From: Amoebophrya sp. A120
Lineage: Eukaryota > Protista > Dinoflagellata
Assembly (NCBI GenBank): GCA_905178155.1
Contig: CAJINV010000019.1
Span: 378,475-442,474 of the forward strand
Direction of reading: 5' to 3'
DNA: 64,000 nucleotides
This document shows, piece after piece, positions 60,058 to 64,000 of this stretch; the stretch's first letter is position 1, and the number at the start of each line of letters is the position of its first letter. The translations under genes were made by a program, and so were the position numbers. Below the pieces are notes generated by a model. It was not told where the DNA came from and did no database searches. It saw only the letters and a program-made list of their open reading frames with translations.

Positions 60058-60833
60058 GTTGAAGAAAGTAAGGAGGACGTAATGTAGTTGATGAATACCC
60101 GGTGCTGGTACCTTTTCTTGTTTGCTCGTTCTTCAAAAAAAAACCGAAACTTTAGTGAACCCGTGTAGAAGAGCAGCTGCTAGAGTCAAAAACTAAGCTT
60201 AAAAAGCCCATCGTTGTAGCCAACCTAGTTGACGAGGTCCACCGGACTTCTTTTCCTTTTCGCAAAGTCGATTCGGATTACCATCAGTTCCAGGCCGCTT
60301 TAGCGTGATGATCGATTATTTCAAGCCGAGTAACTAACAGCAGCAGTAGAAGCGTACACAATGGATCTCCCGCATACGACAGCAAAACGATCGTGGAAGA
60401 CGACAGAACTTATTGCTTCAGCAAAATTTCCTTCGTGCAAACTTGCTGCCGAAGCGAAAGATCACAAATACGACCCTGCAACGATGAACGGCGACAAAAC
60501 GAAAAGCACAGTGCAGCGCCGCAACCATACGACTTAGCATCTAGAATTACGGAAGAAGAGAATGTAGCCTTGTCGATATGTAGCGTCGTGGAGGTTACGA
60601 ATTAATACCAGTACCAAGCGCGTCGCAACGGCCCGCTGACGTAATGAAAAAGTTTTGAACCTTTCCCCGCACGACGAAATGATTGCTGCACAGAACACAG
60701 CACGACGATACATACAGATACAAATAGACGGTGGCACAAGGAAGGGACGTCGCACCCTGTTCTCCTCGCATTTCAATGACATCGATATGTTGTTGCTAAA
60801 AACTATCACCCAGCGTAAAAATTCAGTAAAAAC

Positions 60834-63509
60834 TCAGCTCCCCTTCATCGCTTGTTTCTGCGCGAAAGACTGCAGCTTCGCGAGGTCTTGCAGCTGCTTC
60901 TTTCGATTTTTGTCGTTCAGGAATTGCTGAAAATTCTCACTTAGTTTCTCAATCTTGAACTTATCAAAGCCCTGCTTCGCTTGGCTCACATCCTGGAGCT
61001 TCGCCTGCAGCTGGCGGCTGTAGGTTTCGGGCAGGTGCAGCTGCTTCACCCAGCGGACAGGGTCTGTTTTTGAAAGAATTATGTAGATGAATTGCAAAAA
61101 AAGCATGGAAGAGAAAAGTAAATTTCTATTTCACGAGTTGAAGGAAGAGCAAATTGACAGGACAACGAAACAAAGCGTGCGAGCACAATTTCATCTGCTG
61201 GTCGTCTTCAAGTGATTTTACTATACCTTCCCCGCCTCCGCCCCCACTAGCCTGTGCAGCAAAGCACTTCATCTGCGTCGCGAGGTCCTGCGTCGGACTG
61301 ATTCCGGGAATTACCACCGGCGTGAAGTCCTTGGGATGGACGTAGCTAAAAACCTCCTCCGGCGAGCTGGTCCCCGAAACCAAGGGGTTGCTCCAGCTAG
61401 TGGCAGCCCGGAAGCTCTGGTCCGGGTCACTGCCGTTAATATTCCTGCTGTGCTGGTGCACGGCCGGATCTAGTGCAGTCGCTACATTGTCGTGCGACAG
61501 CACGTTGTAGGGCCCGAGCTTAATCCCTCTCGTGTCGCCGCACATAATAGCTGGGTGCGTCGTTGCGAGGTAGCAGGTGCAGGAAATGCAGTTGTCGAGT
61601 TTCAGCAAATCTGCGCTCACGTGCAGGGACAGCTTTTCGCCGTCGCAAGCGGTGACCAAATCTGCACTGGACACGACAATTTGACAGTCCTGGCAGCCGG
61701 CGATGTAAACGGATCCGATAACGCCGCCGGAAAGATACACGTGGCAATTCCTACAGTTTACCTGTGTTGGGAAATCATTTTCAAAACTCATCCTACGAAC
61801 GACCTCCATCCTCTTTTACGCAAATAGGCACGAGTCTCGATATTTTTCGGATTTATTTTCTCGCAGGGTAACATCATAAATTTCATGCATCGCTGCAAGA
61901 ACAGACATTTATTCCTTCTTAAGAAAATCGTACCACATACACCCTCTCGTAGCATTTGGTTTCGATCACCGTTGACCGGGTTTGATTGGCCACCACCGCG
62001 GTCTCCCGCGTGATTACCGGCGTCCCTGAGTCCGCCCCACCCGCGGTTCGGTCTCGTTCATTGCGGAATTGCAACTGGCCCATCGACTGGTGTAAACTGG
62101 CGCTCGAGGACGTTAGCTGACTGTAGATGCTGTGCATCAACGGGTCGCTCGTCAGCGACTTACCGAGGTGACTCGGGTACGATTTTTCGCACGTCTGCAC
62201 CTGTTTCTTCAATTCGTCCGTGAATTGCCGGTAGTTCTGCTTCTGGCACTTTCGGGCGATATCGTTTTGCAGCTTGTCGAAAAATAAATGAAGCGGTGGG
62301 GCGTTGAGCTTGTTTGCAGCCACTTGGTGCTGTTCCGATAGTGCCAGCTGTTCACCGTCCAGCCTCCTGAAATCCAGAATTATCGCGAGCACCTGCGTCT
62401 GCATGGAGGTCAACGTGAAGAAATTCGCGTCGCGGTGTCTCGGACTGTTTCCGATGTCCGGGTGCAACGGGAAGATTTCGCAAATGAGTTTCGGTAGAAT
62501 CTCGTGCTGGATGAACGCGAGCACGGCCTTCGGCGGTGCGTGATTATTCTGCATGTTGTTCCCGAACCCGGAGAGGCTCTGCCCAAATAATTGGTCCGCA
62601 CCCCGTGCGGACCGGGGGGACGCTTGCTGGTAGCGCGGCGACTATCCTGATTAAAAACGTCGCCACACCAGAGTCCAGATGGGAAATCTGCTAGACAAAT
62701 CAGCCAGCTTTGGTTGTTTGGCATGACAAGTCTGCCCTCGTGGTGTAATCCTGTTATGTTTAGCTAGTTCAGAAGCATCACAGATCTAGCACATCGTGCT
62801 GATAGGAGCATGACAAATTCCAAAACACGAATAGAGCATGCTTCTCAGAGGGCTCCGCGTGAGAAACTTTTTTGGCATGCAGAATTGCATGACAACTATG
62901 GGGTGGGGACGTCTTTACACGGGATAGCGATTGCGAGGGGTTCATCGACCCCCGTGGGGATTTGGTGCCCTCATTGTACAGGTTGTTCAACCCGTTGTTT
63001 TCCTTGCCCATTTGTTTGTTGAAATCGTGCTTGTACTTGGGGAACACCTGCACCATGAGAAACAGCGCAATCACGCGGATGTCAATGTGGTGCTGCGACT
63101 CCGGAATCAAATCGCTACTGCCGAAGTTGATGCTCTGTTGTTGCTCTTGCGTAGGAGAAGAGCAGGAGCTTGAACTGCCACCAGAACCAGAACCCAAAAG
63201 TCCCGCCTGTCCCGCAGCTCCGGAATTCTTGAAGCAGTTCAACGTCCCCAGGGTGGAAAACAGCACCCAGTAGCTCATGGCCACGTTCTGGGGGAATTTT
63301 TGGACCAGCTGCGCTACCTTCGGGGACTGGCAATACTCGTACCACTTTTCCTTGGAAATCCGGCCGGTTTTTTTCACGTCGGGGACGGAATTCACCATGT
63401 GCTCGACAAACGCAATCACTTTCTCCATATACTTGCTCGTGCCCCGCCACGACGGCTCACTGAAGTTGCACACGCCGTGCTCGATTATCTCCTGCCGCAC
63501 GTACAACAT
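60834..63509 (-). CDS. TBCCD1: TBCC-domain (tubulin cofactor C / CARP beta-helix) protein, TBCCD1-like
   Basis: NCRNCHVYL...VYIAGCQDCQIV...LKLDNCISCTCYLATTHPAIMCGDTRGIKLGPYN, followed by WSNPL and a helical LPETY...FQQFL..KQLQDL tail. Confidence 0.7.
62643..62926. mobile_element. introner, family C
   Basis: TIR; TSD ATCGC/GTCGC; restores PSQSPRYQQ. Confidence 0.88.
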
Positions 63510-64000
63510 TTTGAAGTCCAGGACTTGAAAACTTGTTGAGATAAGTACACCAGCACTTCCGCGGTTTATTTCTATCTAACAATACTCTGGAGCGAAGGAC
63601 GAAACCCTGTATCAGGGGCGCAAGCAAAGCGAAATCCAAAGCAGAGTACCTCTTGCAACTGACGCTAGGACGACAAGTACGACTTCCAAGTAACTACATA
63701 TCCACAACGATGGGATGAAAGAACGATCATTTTTGACTTTTGAAAGCGTGCTAAACTTTATTGACGCATTTTTTCACTACCACGCGCTACTCTCTTGGAA
63801 ATAAGACGTGCGTGATATTGACAAAGTCGAACAGACACAGACCACCGCTGATTGGAAACGGTTAGACCCCCTTTTGTGGCCCCGGGCGGTGCGGCAAAGA
63901 CCCCGCTCGCTTTGTTCCTTTTTCGAGTGATAATTCTTTAGAGAGAGAGAGAGATAACCTACATAGTTGAACTAGGCAGGACAGTATACGACGAACATCA

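Overview
Eukaryotic, alveolate-type DNA. The architecture best fits the parasitic dinoflagellate Amoebophrya (Syndiniales); this is an inference, not a database hit. All ~11 genes I can reconstruct are on the minus strand: AP-4 epsilon (partial), a probable myzozoan ATP-synthase subunit k, a zinc-finger/PAM2 protein, cohesin SMC3, a large low-complexity protein, a BAHD-type acyltransferase, a PAF-acetylhydrolase-like lipase, a fucosyltransferase-like protein, a TBCC-domain protein and some hypotheticals. The dominant feature is 58 hand-delimited MITE-like inserts, mostly 110-350 bp. They come from at least 8 terminal-inverted-repeat (TIR) families, nearly all end TAT...ATA, and each is flanked by a 5-bp direct repeat. 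All lie in coding exons (one is nested inside another). Removing an element plus one repeat copy restores the reading frame and conserved motifs, so they behave as non-canonical 'introner' introns, a class already reported for Amoebophrya. Beyond that class, the window shows: (i) one end and internal-motif grammar shared by all families; (ii) an inferred fixed splice register, N|TAT...ATA-NNNN|; (iii) an introner nested in another introner's TIR; (iv) predicted 1-nt and 0-nt exons; and (v) three 0.5-1.4 kb retroposon-like insertions found only inside introners, at or over the shared [C/G]ATGC motif. Coordinates were counted by hand and all splice junctions are predictions without RNA evidence. 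In element entries, TSD (the 5-bp direct repeat) is written on the coding (minus) strand as 5' copy/3' copy.
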